NCBI GenBank assembly: GCA_027923505.1
Contig: BROI01000013.1
Span: 868,001 to 922,795 of the forward strand
Direction: 5' to 3'
DNA from: Mayamaea pseudoterrestris
Lineage: Eukaryota
DNA: 54,795 nt
A program made the position numbers and the translations under genes. Below, piece after piece: positions 10,901-22,900 of the stretch. The stretch's first letter is position 1, and every line of letters starts with the position of its first letter. The notes beneath the pieces were generated by a model that was not told the DNA's origin, searched no databases, and worked only from the letters and a program-made list of their open reading frames with translations.

Positions 10901-13707
10901 GCTATCCAACAAACCATGCTGAGCGAACACTGGGTATCTATCTGGCTCCGGATGGAAGTGAGTCCAGGCAGGCGCAAGTTCTTTATGAGAAGTCTGTGGC
11001 ATGGGCAAACAAGTTGAGAGCGAGTCATTTACCCCGTCATCTGGCCACCATTGCATATCGCACCACGATTGACAAGTCTTTCTCATATCCCCTGGTTGCC
11101 ACCTGCCTCACTTGCAAGCAGTGCCAGCGTATCCAAGGACCAGCAATGACAGCAGCTTTGCAACTGTCTGGTATTGGCAGCGACACACCCAATGCAGTCC
11201 GGACTGGTCCTCTCAAGTTTCAAGGCCTGGGCTTTCCAGATATGTATACCACCCAATTGTACACCCACATTGAGGCACTGGCATTTGCTTCTGAGCATCC
11301 ATCACGCAACACATCGCAACTACTCCACGTTAGCTCCGAGCAGTTGAAGCTGGAACTTGGTGTCAACGGTCCTTTGTTTGACGCCGATATGTCTCGAGTC
11401 TATACAACAACCAAAAGTTGGATTCAATTTACAGACGAGTGCTGCTATGACCATTCTATCCAACTCCTGGATGATTTGCCCACCTTCCAGCCACGGAGAG
11501 ATGGAGACTTGCTCATTATGGAAGTGTTTCGCAACAATGCTGACTGGTCACCCTCTACCTTGGGTATCCTGAACCGCTGTCGCATCTTTCTTCAATTGCT
11601 TTATCTTTCCGACATGGTGCACGCAGATGGTACCTATATCACGGAGGCAGCATGGAATGGACAAATTGACAAGTCACGCAATACTCCTTACTCCTGGCCA
11701 GCACAAGGTTCTTTGTCAGATCGCTGCTGGGCACTCTGGAGGACAGCACTGCAGCATCACTGGTGTAATCGCAACCGGCAGTTACGTCATAGTCTGGGGG
11801 CATGGGATGACATGGAGCCTACTACAAGGTTTTACTTTAGCCCAAGGCTGGATATTCTCATGGAGAAAGCTCCCACTGGCTGGTTTCAATATGGTTACAG
11901 TGGCACGGGTTGTCGTCGACGTGTCAGGGTATTCCAAAAGCTATTGTGGGCAGTGCCGCGGCCACCAGACTTAGCCAGAGCATCAGTACAAATGGTTACT
12001 CCCGTGGAGGTCCGGTTCAACAGTTGGGGTGCTTCCATGGCTGCTCCTTCTACTCCATCACTGTCTGTTCTGGCATCCATGCGTGTTTCCCTGCCTGAGC
12101 CATCTCGCTGGATTCTTGACCATGTTTCTCTGCCACCAGATGAAGGTGCTGCAATCGTCACGGCACTCCAAAATGGATTGGCTGTTGCTGTAAGTGATGG
12201 ATCCTACGAGCCAACGTTGCAAACTGGAGCTGCAGCCACTACCATCCAAGGTGCCAACGCCACAAATGCTATCTTTGCCAGCTGCCTAGCTCCTGGCCAG
12301 CCTGCGGACCAAAGTGCCTACCGGAGTGAACTGATTGGCTTGTACCAAACTATTGTCCTTGTGCACCTGCTATGCCGACATTATAATGTGACAGAAGGGT
12401 CCCTTGAGCTTGCATGCGATGGCCTCTCAGCACTCAAACAAGCTAGCAAGGTTCAATCACAGACGCCATTGAGCCAGTCACATTTTGATATCATTTCTGC
12501 CTGTAAACGCCTGATGCGTGACACCCCCATTCAATGGAAAACACGGCATGTACTTGGTCACCAGCGCGAACGAGGCGGTTGGGAAGGCGCTCAACTTGTG
12601 GGTCCCCTGGATCGCTGGGCCACTCTGAATGACTCCATGGATGAGGCCACCAAGTGTCACCGCCTTCAGTTTGCGGATCACTCCACGGGTTCAATGCCTC
12701 ATTTCCTCTATAAGGAAATAATTCCTATTTGCATTAATGGCATCAAACTGTGCAAGGACGTGCAGTCGGCAATACGTGAGCAAGTGAATGGGCCGCCTCT
12801 CCTAAATTACTGGCGCAGCAAGGGCAAATTTGGTGAATCCACGGAGGCGGCTGTGGATTGGCAAGCTTCTTTCAAAGCTATGAAAAGTCTGCCACTGGGG
12901 CGTCAACAACACCAGACCAAAATGATCTCCAAGTTTGTGGCAGTCCGCCACCGCACCAAATTACGGAACCATTCCCAGGAAGACACTTGCCCATCCTGCC
13001 TGCAACTCCCTGTACCAGTCCAAGTCACAGAAACAGTTGACCATTTATATATCTGTCCAGGTGCAGACACCCTCTGGAATGAGCGCATGGAAGAATTGGA
13101 GAGCAAGCTCGTTCACCTTGGTACACTTGGCCCTATTCGAATTGCAATTGTGGAGGGCCTAAAAGCATGGCGTTCCAACTCTACTCCGCCAGTTCAAACC
13201 ACCGCATCAATCCAAGCTTTGATCACAGCACAGAATCACCTAGGGTGGCACGCAGCCTTTGAGGGGCGCTTTGCCATTGGATGGGCAGCAGCTCAGGAAC
13301 ATTACTATCGCCGCTCCAATGCTAAACCGTATCACAATGGGAGGCGCTGGCTATCTCAAATTATCATCAAACTATTTGAAATATCTTGGGATATGTGGTC
13401 ACAGCGCAACGACGCTCTCCACCAACGGGAAACTGGCATCAGAGTCCTCGACCTGCGCCGGCAGGTTGATGAAGAATTCGCACTGGGCACCTCCAACATT
13501 GCTCGTCTCCGCGACCTCATGAAGCCTGGAAAATCCCGTATCCAACAGCGTCTACCAACACAAATCGAATCCTGGCTCCATCAGGTCCGCACCGAGCGTC
13601 AGCTTCGATCAAAACAAACACCTGCCGAGAGGGTCGTTCAGCGTCAGCAATCTCTAATGCACCGTCTGTTCCGCCCATCTTTGCAAACAATACTTGAACA
13701 TGGCTAG
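7909..13707 (+). CDS. LINE polyprotein (1932 aa): AP endonuclease + reverse transcriptase + RNase H + C-terminal zinc knuckle
   Basis: APE motifs FVNIGG, LSEVN, AYRP, IDANE, KIDGLF, ADH. RT motifs KLRAICLF, NDARACYDRI, GQGNGAGPQIW, FVDDTDL. RNase H motifs VSDGS, YRSELIG, CDGLSAL, HVLGHQ, LNDSMD. CPSC..ETVDHLYIC. ACCATGG start context. Confidence 0.95.
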   Translation: MVESVGINKHRSMGRAGRPSRNAPVSPSSLTAAEKRGVFGHALVAPASDHVWLLFVNIGGLSAVPVCQVWRPCGSCKDCLIRSKVNELRVDVLGLSEVNVNWRHVASHQRLEHRSKGWFEACRISSACFDGYPGHKSAVLYGGTSIWSVNKMATRVDFQLTIRDSLGRWSGHGFRGRHGAVLVALVAYRPVVNKSGAESVWSQQYAHFAGKGQEVDPIARFDSDLQAVIRQLQSNNCHIVLGIDANEDLAKDSSVFRGKMEELGLLETILQQHGPGPPTMSRGSTKIDGLFVSPSLQGLKCGYTGWIADHTGLFMDVPMHVALGHSVPPILRPAMRRLKLQDPRVVAAYLASYKASLLAASSIPAMAELWAKAKQRYHPRQTGSCFQEWEHSKYVRLDAQCTMAMLEAERTCRKLFLGAVPWSPAFLELQRYQQLLYLVLRRRRGHKIRLATIWRQARRSRKTEVIKWPRAKLKRALLRVNQEIKDFKQQLAQQSRRTHNEKLVESLAAAKGMEATAIIRQIIVREEMRDNARIIRSALKQSHSGAVAMVQSTTSEGDLVTWTGKEDMEAAIMKECNARFRQASNTDFLTAPLYQQVGPLGVSPFCDRMLAGQLDDSDLVGVSEYAIKLARQLERPAPLRDRFCHPVPDLSTFQYGWRIQKEQTGAYPGRHFGHMMANVQDPDIAEFHRQLEYLPMLTGRPPPSWCKAVDVMIEKKAGNFQVDKLRAICLFDAVANHCFKYLGKAMMLTAEADGLLAKEQGGSRRGHCANFIGLEKRLSFDMSRQLRRPMALCSNDARACYDRIVHAVAALSLQRVGVPKPAVICMFSTIQGLEHNVRTIYGDSKAYFGGSQDQHLYGVPVSTIGQGNGAGPQIWALVSTPVLNMLRAEGLAMAYQGALTGTTVSFVGYSFVDDTDLGICAAHLQDPAHVAAEMQRSLDHWEGGLRATGGAIAPEKTFWYLMAYNWHADGSWSLKPEGECPAQLQVRDMHGVTQPIQRYPTNHAERTLGIYLAPDGSESRQAQVLYEKSVAWANKLRASHLPRHLATIAYRTTIDKSFSYPLVATCLTCKQCQRIQGPAMTAALQLSGIGSDTPNAVRTGPLKFQGLGFPDMYTTQLYTHIEALAFASEHPSRNTSQLLHVSSEQLKLELGVNGPLFDADMSRVYTTTKSWIQFTDECCYDHSIQLLDDLPTFQPRRDGDLLIMEVFRNNADWSPSTLGILNRCRIFLQLLYLSDMVHADGTYITEAAWNGQIDKSRNTPYSWPAQGSLSDRCWALWRTALQHHWCNRNRQLRHSLGAWDDMEPTTRFYFSPRLDILMEKAPTGWFQYGYSGTGCRRRVRVFQKLLWAVPRPPDLARASVQMVTPVEVRFNSWGASMAAPSTPSLSVLASMRVSLPEPSRWILDHVSLPPDEGAAIVTALQNGLAVAVSDGSYEPTLQTGAAATTIQGANATNAIFASCLAPGQPADQSAYRSELIGLYQTIVLVHLLCRHYNVTEGSLELACDGLSALKQASKVQSQTPLSQSHFDIISACKRLMRDTPIQWKTRHVLGHQRERGGWEGAQLVGPLDRWATLNDSMDEATKCHRLQFADHSTGSMPHFLYKEIIPICINGIKLCKDVQSAIREQVNGPPLLNYWRSKGKFGESTEAAVDWQASFKAMKSLPLGRQQHQTKMISKFVAVRHRTKLRNHSQEDTCPSCLQLPVPVQVTETVDHLYICPGADTLWNERMEELESKLVHLGTLGPIRIAIVEGLKAWRSNSTPPVQTTASIQALITAQNHLGWHAAFEGRFAIGWAAAQEHYYRRSNAKPYHNGRRWLSQIIIKLFEISWDMWSQRNDALHQRETGIRVLDLRRQVDEEFALGTSNIARLRDLMKPGKSRIQQRLPTQIESWLHQVRTERQLRSKQTPAERVVQRQQSLMHRLFRPSLQTILEHG

Positions 13708-13959
13708 GAGAGCTACCACAGCATGTTCAAAACCAAGCACCATTTGATGTTATATGTTCCATTGTTATCTCATGTCCAGCCAAGAACCTTCTGTCTGGTG
13801 TCCAACATGAATGTACCGCTCGTGTCGTCTCTCAATTTGGGATACAACCCTTTCGTCGGGCAGTTTTGACTGCACTGATGGCGGGAGCGACAATAAAGCC
13901 GCACAGGCTGCTTTGTAGATAGTTAACTACCACAAAGTAAATCATTGAGTTATTATTAT

Positions 13960-16900
13960 TGCAACTTGTGGTGTTGGCCATACCCACAGTGGAGGCCATA
14001 CCCATGGTGTCAGCCTCCAGGCAGTCCTTTTTGCACCATTTGAGACTATGCACCTGTCAATGGCATACCCTGGACATGTTTTGCCTGACTCATTGGGTAT
14101 TTGGGTGGCCAGGGCATGGGGCGTTTGACAGGGATGAATCTGCAACTTGTGGTGTTGGCCATACCCACAGTGGAGGCCGTACCCATGGTGTCAGCCTCCA
14201 GGCAGTCCTTTTTGCACCATTTGAGACTATACACCTGTCAATGGCATACCCTGGACATGTTTTGCCTGACTCATTGGGTATTTGGGTGGCCAGGGCATGG
14301 GGCGTTTGACAGGGAAGAATCTGCAACTTGTGGTGTTGGCATAACCACAGTGGAGGCCTTACCCATGGTGTCAGCCTCCAGGCAGTCCTTTTTGCACCAT
14401 TTGAGACTCTGCACCTGTCAATGGCATCCTCTGGACATGTTTTGCCTGACTCATTGGGTATTTGGGTGGCCTGGGCATGGGGCGTTTGACAGGAAAGAAT
14501 CTGCAACTTGTGGTGTTGGCCATACCCACAGTGGAGGCCGTACCCATGTTGTCAGCCTCCAGGCAGTCCTTTTTGCACCATTTGAGACTATGCACCTGTC
14601 AATGGCCTACCCTGGACATGTTTTGCCTGACTCATTGGGTATTTGGGTGGCCAGGGCATGGGGCGTTTGACAGGGAAGAATCTGCAACTTGTGGTGTTGG
14701 CCATACCCACAGTGGAGGCCGTACCCATGGTGTCAGCCTCCAGGCAGTCCTTTTTGCACCATTTGAGACTATGCACCTGTCAATGGCATCCCCTGGACAT
14801 GTTTTGCCTGACTCATTGGGTATTTGGGTGGCCAGGGCATGGGGCGTTTGACAGGGAAGAATCTGCAACTTGTGGTGTTGGCCATACCCACAGTGGAGGC
14901 CGTACCCATGTTGTCAGCCTCCAGGCAGTCCTTTTTGCACCATTTGAGACTATGCACCTGTCAATGGCATACCCTGGACATGTTTTGCCTGACTCATTGG
15001 GTATTTGGGTGGCCAGGGCATGGGGCGTTTGACAGGGAAGAATCTGCAACTTGTGGTGTTGGCCATACCCACAGTGGAGGCCGTACCCATGGTGTCAGCC
15101 TCCAGGCAGTCCTTTTTGCACCATTTGAGACTATGCACCTGTCAATGGCATACCCTGGACATGTTTTGCCTGACTCATTGGGTATTTGGGTGGCCAGGGC
15201 ATGGGGCGTTTGACAGGGAAGAATCTGCAACTTGTGGTGTTGGCCATACCCACAGTGGAGGCCGTACCCATGTTTTCAGCCTCCAGGCAGTCCTTTTTGC
15301 ACCATTTGAGACTATGCACCTGTCAATGGCATACCCTGGACATGTTTTGCCTGACTCATTGGGTATTTGGGTGGCCAGGGCATGGGGCGTTTGACAGGGA
15401 AGAATCTGCAACTTGTGGTGTTGGCCATACCCACAGTGGAGGCCGTACCCATGTTGTCAGCCTCCAGGCAGTCCTTTTTGCACCATTTGAGACTATGCAC
15501 CTGTCAATGGCATACCCTGGACATGTTTTGCCTGACTCATTGGGTATTTGGGTGGCCAGGGCATGGGGCGTTTGACAGGGAAGAATCTGCAACTTGTGGT
15601 GTTGGCCATACCCACAGTGGAGGCCGTACCCATGTTGTCAGCCTCCAGGCAGTCCTTTTTGCACCATTTGAGACTATGCACCTGTCAATGGCATACCCTG
15701 GACATGTTTTGCCTGACTCATTGGGTATTTGGGTGGCCAGGGCATGGGGCGTTTGACAGGGAAGAATCTGCAACTTGTGGTGTTGGCCATACCCACAGTG
15801 GAGGCCGTACCCATGTTGTCAGCCTCCAGGCAGTCCTTTTTGCACCATTTGAGACTCTGCACCTGTCAATGGCATACCCCTGGACATGTTTTGCCTGACT
15901 CATTGGGTATTTGGGTGGCCAGGGCATGGGGCGTTTGACAGGGAAGAATCTGCAACTTGTGGTGTTGGCCATACCCACAGTGGAGGCCGTACCCATGTTT
16001 GTCAGCCTCCAGGCAGTCCTTTTTGCACCATTTGAGACTATGCACCTGTCAATGGCATACCCTGGACATGTTTTGCCTGACTCATTGGGTATTTGGGTGG
16101 CCAGGGCATGGGGCGTTTGACAGGGAAGAATCTGCAACTTGTGGTGTTGGCCATACCCACAGTGGAGGCCGTACCCATGTTGTCAGCCTCCAGGCAGTCC
16201 TTTTTGCACCATTTGAGACTATGCACCTGTCAATGGCATCCCCTGGACATGTTTTGCCTGACTCATTGGGTATTTGGGTGGCCAGGGCATGGGGCGTTTG
16301 ACAGGGAAGAATCTGCAACTTGTGGTGTTGGCCATACCCACAGTGGAGGCCGTACCCATGTTGTCAGCCTCCAGGCAGTCCTTTTTGCACCATTTGAGAC
16401 TATGCACCTGTCAATGGCATACCCTGGACATGTTTTGCCTGACTCATTGGGTATTTGGGTGGCCAGGGCATGGGGCGTTTGACAGGGAAGAATCTGCAAC
16501 TTGTGGTGTTGGCCATACCCACAGTGGAGGCCGTACCCATGGTGTCAGCCTCCAGGCAGTCCTTTTTGCACCATTTGAGACTATGCACCTGTCAATGGCA
16601 TACCCTGGACATGTTTTGCCTGACTCATTGGGTATTTGGGTGGCCAGGGCATGGGGCGTTTGACAGGGAAGAATCTGCAACTTGTGGTGTTGGCCATACC
16701 CACAGTGGAGGCCGTACCCATGGTGTCAGCCTCCAGGCAGTCCTTTTTGCACCATTTGAGACTATGCACCTGTCAATGGCATACCCTGGACATGTTTTGC
16801 CTGACTCATTGGGTATTTGGGTGGCCAGGGCATGGGGCGTTTGACAGGGAAGAATCTGCAACTTGTGGTGTTGGCCATACCCACAGTGGAGGCCGTACCC

Positions 16901-19900
16901 ATGGTGTCAGCCTCCAGGCAGTCCTTTTTGCACCATTTGAGACTATGCACCTGTCAATGGCATACCCTGGACATGTTTTGCCTGACTCATTGGGTATTTG
17001 GGTGGCCAGGGCATGGGGCGTTTGACAGGGAAGAATCTGCAACTTGTGGTGTTGGCCATACCCACAGTGGAGGCCGTACCCATGTTGTCAGCCTCCAGGC
17101 AGTCCTTTTTGCACCATTTGAGACTATGCACCTGTCAATGGCATCCCCTGGACATGTTTTGCCTGACTCATTGGGTATTTGGGTGGCCAGGGCATGGGGC
17201 GTTTGACAGGGAAGAATCTGCAACTTGTGGTGTTGGCCATACCCACAGTGGAGGCCGTACCCATGTTTTCAGCCTCCAGGCAGTCCTTTTTGCACCATTT
17301 GAGACTATGCACCTGTCAATGGCATACCCTGGACATGTTTTGCCTGACTCATTGGGTATTTGGGTGGCCAGGGCATGGGGCGTTTGACAGGGAAGAATCT
17401 GCAACTTGTGGTGTTGGCCATACCCACAGTGGAGGCCGTACCCATGTTGTCAGCCTCCAGGCAGTCCTTTTTGCACCATTTGAGACTATGCACCTGTCAA
17501 TGGCATACCCTGGACATGTTTTGCCTGACTCATTGGGTATTTGGGTGGCCAGGGCATGGGGCGTTTGACAGGGAAGAATCTGCAACTTGTGGTGTTGGCC
17601 ATACCCACAGTGGAGGCCGTACCCATGGTTGTCAGCCTCCAGGCAGTCCTTTTTGCACCATTTGAGACTATGCACCTGTCAATGGCATACCCTGGACATG
17701 TTTTGCCTGACTCATTGGGTATTTGGGTGGCCAGGGCATGGGGCGTTTGACAGGGAAGAATCTGCAACTTGTGGTGTTGGCCATACCCACAGTGGAGGCC
17801 GTACCCATGGTGTCAGCCTCCAGGCAGTCCTTTTTGCACCATTTGAGACTATGCACCTGTCAATGGCATCCCCTGGACATGTTTTGCCTGACTCATTGGG
17901 TATTTGGGTGGCCAGGGCATGGGGCGTTTGACAGGGAAGAATCTGCAACTTGTGGTGTTGGCCATACCCACAGTGGAGGCCGTACCCATGGTGTCAGCCT
18001 CCAGGCAGTCCTTTTTGCACCATTTGAGACTCTGCACCTGTCAAGGGCATACCCGGGAAATGTTTTGCCTGACTCATTGGGTATTTGGGTGGCCAGGGCA
18101 TGGGGCGTTTGACAGGGAAGAATCTGCAACTTGTGGTGTTGGCCATACCCACAGTGGAGGCCGTACCCATGTTGTCAGCCTCCAGGCAGTCCTTTTTGCA
18201 CCATTTGAGACTCGCACCCACCCCCTGGACATGTTTTGCCTGACTCATTGGGTATTTGGGTGGCCAGGGCATGGGGCGTTTGACAGGGAAGAATCTGCAA
18301 CTTGTGGTGTTGGCCATACCCACAGTGGAGGCCGTACCCATGGTGTCAGCCTCCAGGCAGTCCTTTTTGCACCATTTGAGACTATGCACCTGTCAATGGC
18401 ATACCCTGGACATGTTTTGCCTGACTCATTGGGTATTTGGGTGGCCAGGGCATGGGGCGTTTGACAGGGAAGAATCTGCAACTTGTGGTGTTGGCCATAC
18501 CCACAGTGGAGGCCGTACCCATGTTGTCAGCCTCCAGGCAGTCCTTTTTGCACCATTTGAGACTATGCACCTGTCAATGGCATCCCCTGGACATGTACAT
18601 GTTTTGCCTGACTCATTGGGTATTTGGGTGGCCAGGGCATGGGGCGTTTGACAGGGAAGAATCTGCAACTTGTGGTGTTGGCCATACCCACAGTGGAGGC
18701 CGTACCCATGTTTTCAGCACCAGGCAGTCCTTTTTGCACCATTTGAGACTATGCACCTGTCAATGGCATACCCTGGACATGTTTTGCCTGACTCATTGGG
18801 TATTTGGGTGGCCAGGGCATGGGGCGTTTGACAGGGAAGAATCTGCAACTTGTGGTGTTGGCCATACCCACAGTGGAGGCCGTACCCATGTTGTCAGCCT
18901 CCAGGCAGTCCTTTTTGCACCATTTGAGACTATGCACCTGTCAATGGCATACCCTGGACATGTTTTGCCTGACTCATTGGGTATTTGGGTGGCCAGGGCA
19001 TGGGGCGTTTGACAGGGAAGAATCTGCAACTTGTGGTGTTGGCCATACCCACAGTGGAGGCCGTACCCATGTTGTCAGCCTCCAGGCAGTCCTTTTTGCA
19101 CCATTTGAGACTATGCACCTGTCAATGGCATACCCTGGACATGTTTTGCCTGACTCATTGGGTATTTGGGTGGCCAGGGCATGGGGCGTTTGACAGGGAA
19201 GAATCTGCAACTTGTGGTGTTGGCCATACCCACAGTGGAGGCCGTACCCATGTTGTCAGCCTCCAGGCAGTCCTTTTTGCACCATTTGAGACTATGCACC
19301 TGTCAATGGCATACCCTGGACATGTTTTGCCTGACTCATTGGGTATTTGGGTGGCCAGGGCATGGGGCGTTTGACAGGGAAGAATCTGCAACTTGTGGTG
19401 TTGGCCATACCCACAGTGGAGGCCGTACCCATGGTGTCAGCCTCCAGGCAGTCCTTTTTGCACCATTTGAGACTCTGCACCTGTCAATGGCATCCCCTGG
19501 ACATGTTTTGCCTGACTCATTGGGTATTTGGGTGGCCAGGGCATGGGGCGTTTGACAGGGAAGAATCTGCAACTTGTGGTGTTGGCCATACCCACAGTGG
19601 AGGCCGTACCCATGTTGTCAGCCTCCAGGCAGTCCTTTTTGCACCATTTGAGACTATGCACCTGTCAATGGCCTACCCTGGACATGTTTTGCCTGACTCA
19701 TTGGGTATTTGGGTGGCCAGGGCATGGGGCGTTTGACAGGGAAGAATCTGCAACTTGTGGTGTTGGCCATACCCACAGTGGAGGCCGTACCCATGGTGTC
19801 AGCCTCCAGGCAGTCCTTTTTGCACCATTTGAGACTATGCACCTGTCAATGGCATACCCTGGACATGTTTTGCCTGACTCATTGGGTATTTGGGTGGCCA

Positions 19901-22900
19901 GGGCATGGGGCGTTTGACAGGGAAGAATCTGCAACTTGTGGTGTTGGCCATACCCACAGTGGAGGCCGTACCCATGTTGTCAGCCTCCAGGCAGTCCTTT
20001 TTGCACCATTTGAGACTCTGCACCTGTCAATGGCATCCCCTGGACATGTTTTGCCTGACTCATTGGGTATTTGGGTGGCCAGGGCATGGGGCGTTTGACA
20101 GGGAAGAATCTGCAACTTGTGGTGTTGGCCATACCCACAGTGGAGGCCGTACCCATGTTGTCAGCCTCCAGGCAGTCCTTTTTGCACCATTTGAGACTAT
20201 GCACCTGTCAATGGCATACCCTGGACATGTTTTGCCTGACTCATTGGGTATTTGGGTGGCCAGGGCATGGGGCGTTTGACAGGGAAGAATCTGCAACTTG
20301 TGGTGTTGGCCATACCCACAGTGGAGGCCGTACCCATGTTGTCAGCCTCCAGGCAGTCCTTTTTGCACCATTTGAGACTCTGCACCTGTCAATGGCATCC
20401 CCTGGACATGTTTTGCCTGACTCATTGGGTATTTGGGTGGCCAGGGCATGGGGCGTTTGACAGGGAAGAATCTGCAACTTGTGGTGTTGGCCATACCCAC
20501 AGTGGAGGCCGTACCCATGTTGTCAGCCTCCAGGCAGTCCTTTTTGCACCATTTGAGACTATGCACCTGTCAATGGCATCCCCTGGACATGTTTTGCCTG
20601 ACTCATTGGGTATTTGGGTGGCCAGGGCATGGGGCGTTTGACAGGGAAGAATCTGCAACTTGTGGTGTTGGCCATACCCACAGTGGAGGCCGTACCCATG
20701 TTTTCAGCCTCCAGGCAGTCCTTTTTGCACCATTTGAGACTATGCACCTGTCAATGGCATACCCTGGACATGTTTTGCCTGACTCATTGGGTATTTGGGT
20801 GGCCAGGGCATGGGGCGTTTGACAGGGAAGAATCTGCAACTTGTGGTGTTGGCCATACCCACAGTGGAGGCCGTACCCATGGTTTCAGCCTCCAGGCAGT
20901 CCTTTTTGCACCATTTGAGACTCTGCACCTGTCAATGGCATCCCCTGGACATGTTTTGCCTGACTCATTGGGTATTTGGGTGGCCAGGGCATGGGGCGTT
21001 TGACAGGGAAGAATCTGCAACTTGTGGTGTTGGCCATACCCACAGTGGAGGCCGTACCCATGTTGTCAGCCTCCAGGCAGTCCTTTTTGCACCATTTGAG
21101 ACTCTGCACCTGTCAATGGCATACCCTGGACATGTTTTGCCTGACTCATTGGGTATTTGGGTGGCCAGGGCATGGGGCGTTTGACAGGGAAGAATCTGCA
21201 ACTTGTGGTGTTGGCCATACCCACAGTGGAGGCCGTACCCATGTTGTCAGCCTCCAGGCAGTCCTTTTTGCACCATTTGAGACTCTGCACCTGTCAATGG
21301 CATTGTCAGCCTCCAGGCAGTCCTTTTTGCACCATTTGAGACTATGCACCTGTCAATGGCATCCCCTGGACATGTTTTGCCTGACTCATTGGGTATTTGG
21401 GTGGCCAGGGCATGGGGCGTTTGACAGGGAAGAATCTGCAACTTGTGGTGTTGGCCATACCCACAGTGGAGGCCGTACCCATGTTTTCAGCCTCCAGGCA
21501 GTCCTTTTTGCACCATTTGAGACTATGCACCTGTCAATGGCATACCCTGGACATGTTTTGCCTGACTCATTGGGTATTTGGGTGGCCAGGGCATGGGGCG
21601 TTTGACAGGGAAGAATCTGCAACTTGTGGTGTTGGCCATACCCACAGTGGAGGCCGTACCCATGGTTTCAGCCTCCAGGCAGTCCTTTTTGCACCATTTG
21701 AGACTCTGCACCTGTCAATGGCATCCCCTGGACATGTTTTGCCTGACTCATTGGGTATTTGGGTGGCCAGGGCATGGGGCGTTTGACAGGGAAGAATCTG
21801 CAACTTGTGGTGTTGGCCATACCCACAGTGGAGGCCGTACCCATGTTGTCAGCCTCCAGGCAGTCCTTTTTGCACCATTTGAGACTCTGCACCTGTCAAT
21901 GGCATACCCTGGACATGTTTTGCCTGACTCATTGGGTATTTGGGTGGCCAGGGCATGGGGCGTTTGACAGGGAAGAATCTGCAACTTGTGGTGTTGGCCA
22001 TACCCACAGTGGAGGCCGTACCCATGTTGTCAGCCTCCAGGCAGTCCTTTTTGCACCATTTGAGACTCTGCACCTGTCAATGGCATCCCCTGGACATGTT
22101 TTGCCTGACTCATTGGGTATTTGGGTGGCCGGGGCATGGGGCGTTAGGGAAGAATCTGCAACTTGTGGTGTTGGCCATACCCACGGGAGGCGGGTGGGGG
22201 CGCCCAGGGCCTACCCATGTTGTCAGCCTCCAGGCAGTCCTTTTTGCACCATTTGAGACTCTGCACCTGTCAATGGCATACCCTGGACATGTTTTGCCTG
22301 ACTCATTGGGTATTTGGGTGGCCAGGGCATGGGGCGTTTGACAGGGAAGAATCTGCAACTTGTGGTGTTGGCCATACCCACAGTGGAGGCCGTACCCATG
22401 TTGTCAGCCTCCAGGCAGTCCTTTTTGCACCATTTGAGACTCTGCACCTGTCAATGGCATCCCCTGGACATGTTTTGCCTGACTCATTGGGTATTTGGGT
22501 GGCCAGGGCATGGGGCGTTTGACAGGGAAGAATCTGCAACTTGTGGTGTTGGCCATACCCACAGTGGAGGCCGTACCCATGTTTTCAGCCTCCAGGCAGT
22601 CCTTTTTGCACCATTTGAGACTCTGCACCTGTCAATGGCATACCCTGGACATGTTTTGCCTGACTCATTGGGTATTTGGGTGGCCGGCCGTGACGGGAAA
22701 TCGCCTGGGGGCGCACTGTGTTTGGCCAACCCACAGTGGAGGCCGTACCCATGTTGTCAGCCTCCAGGCAGTCCTTCAACCCACAGTGGAGGCCGTACCC
22801 ATGTTGTCAGCCTCCAGGCAGTCCTTTTTGCACCATTTGAGACTATGCACCTGTCAATGGCATACCCTGGACATGTTTTGCCTGACTCATTGGGTATTTG

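Larger units (their letters stand above)
6850..13960 (+). mobile_element. Non-LTR retrotransposon (LINE), Ambal-like; 5' boundary uncertain
   Basis: Intact APE-RT-RNaseH-CCHC ORF, ~250-nt 3' UTR with AATAAA (13892-13897), and a terminal (TTA)n tail at 13950-13960 abutting the satellite. Confidence 0.85.

Noticed and set aside
14070..14105. Hammerhead-ribozyme-like CCAATGAGTCAGGCAAAAC on the minus strand of satellite A
   Set aside because: The core CUGANGA and GAAA motifs are not intact and stem II is too short.
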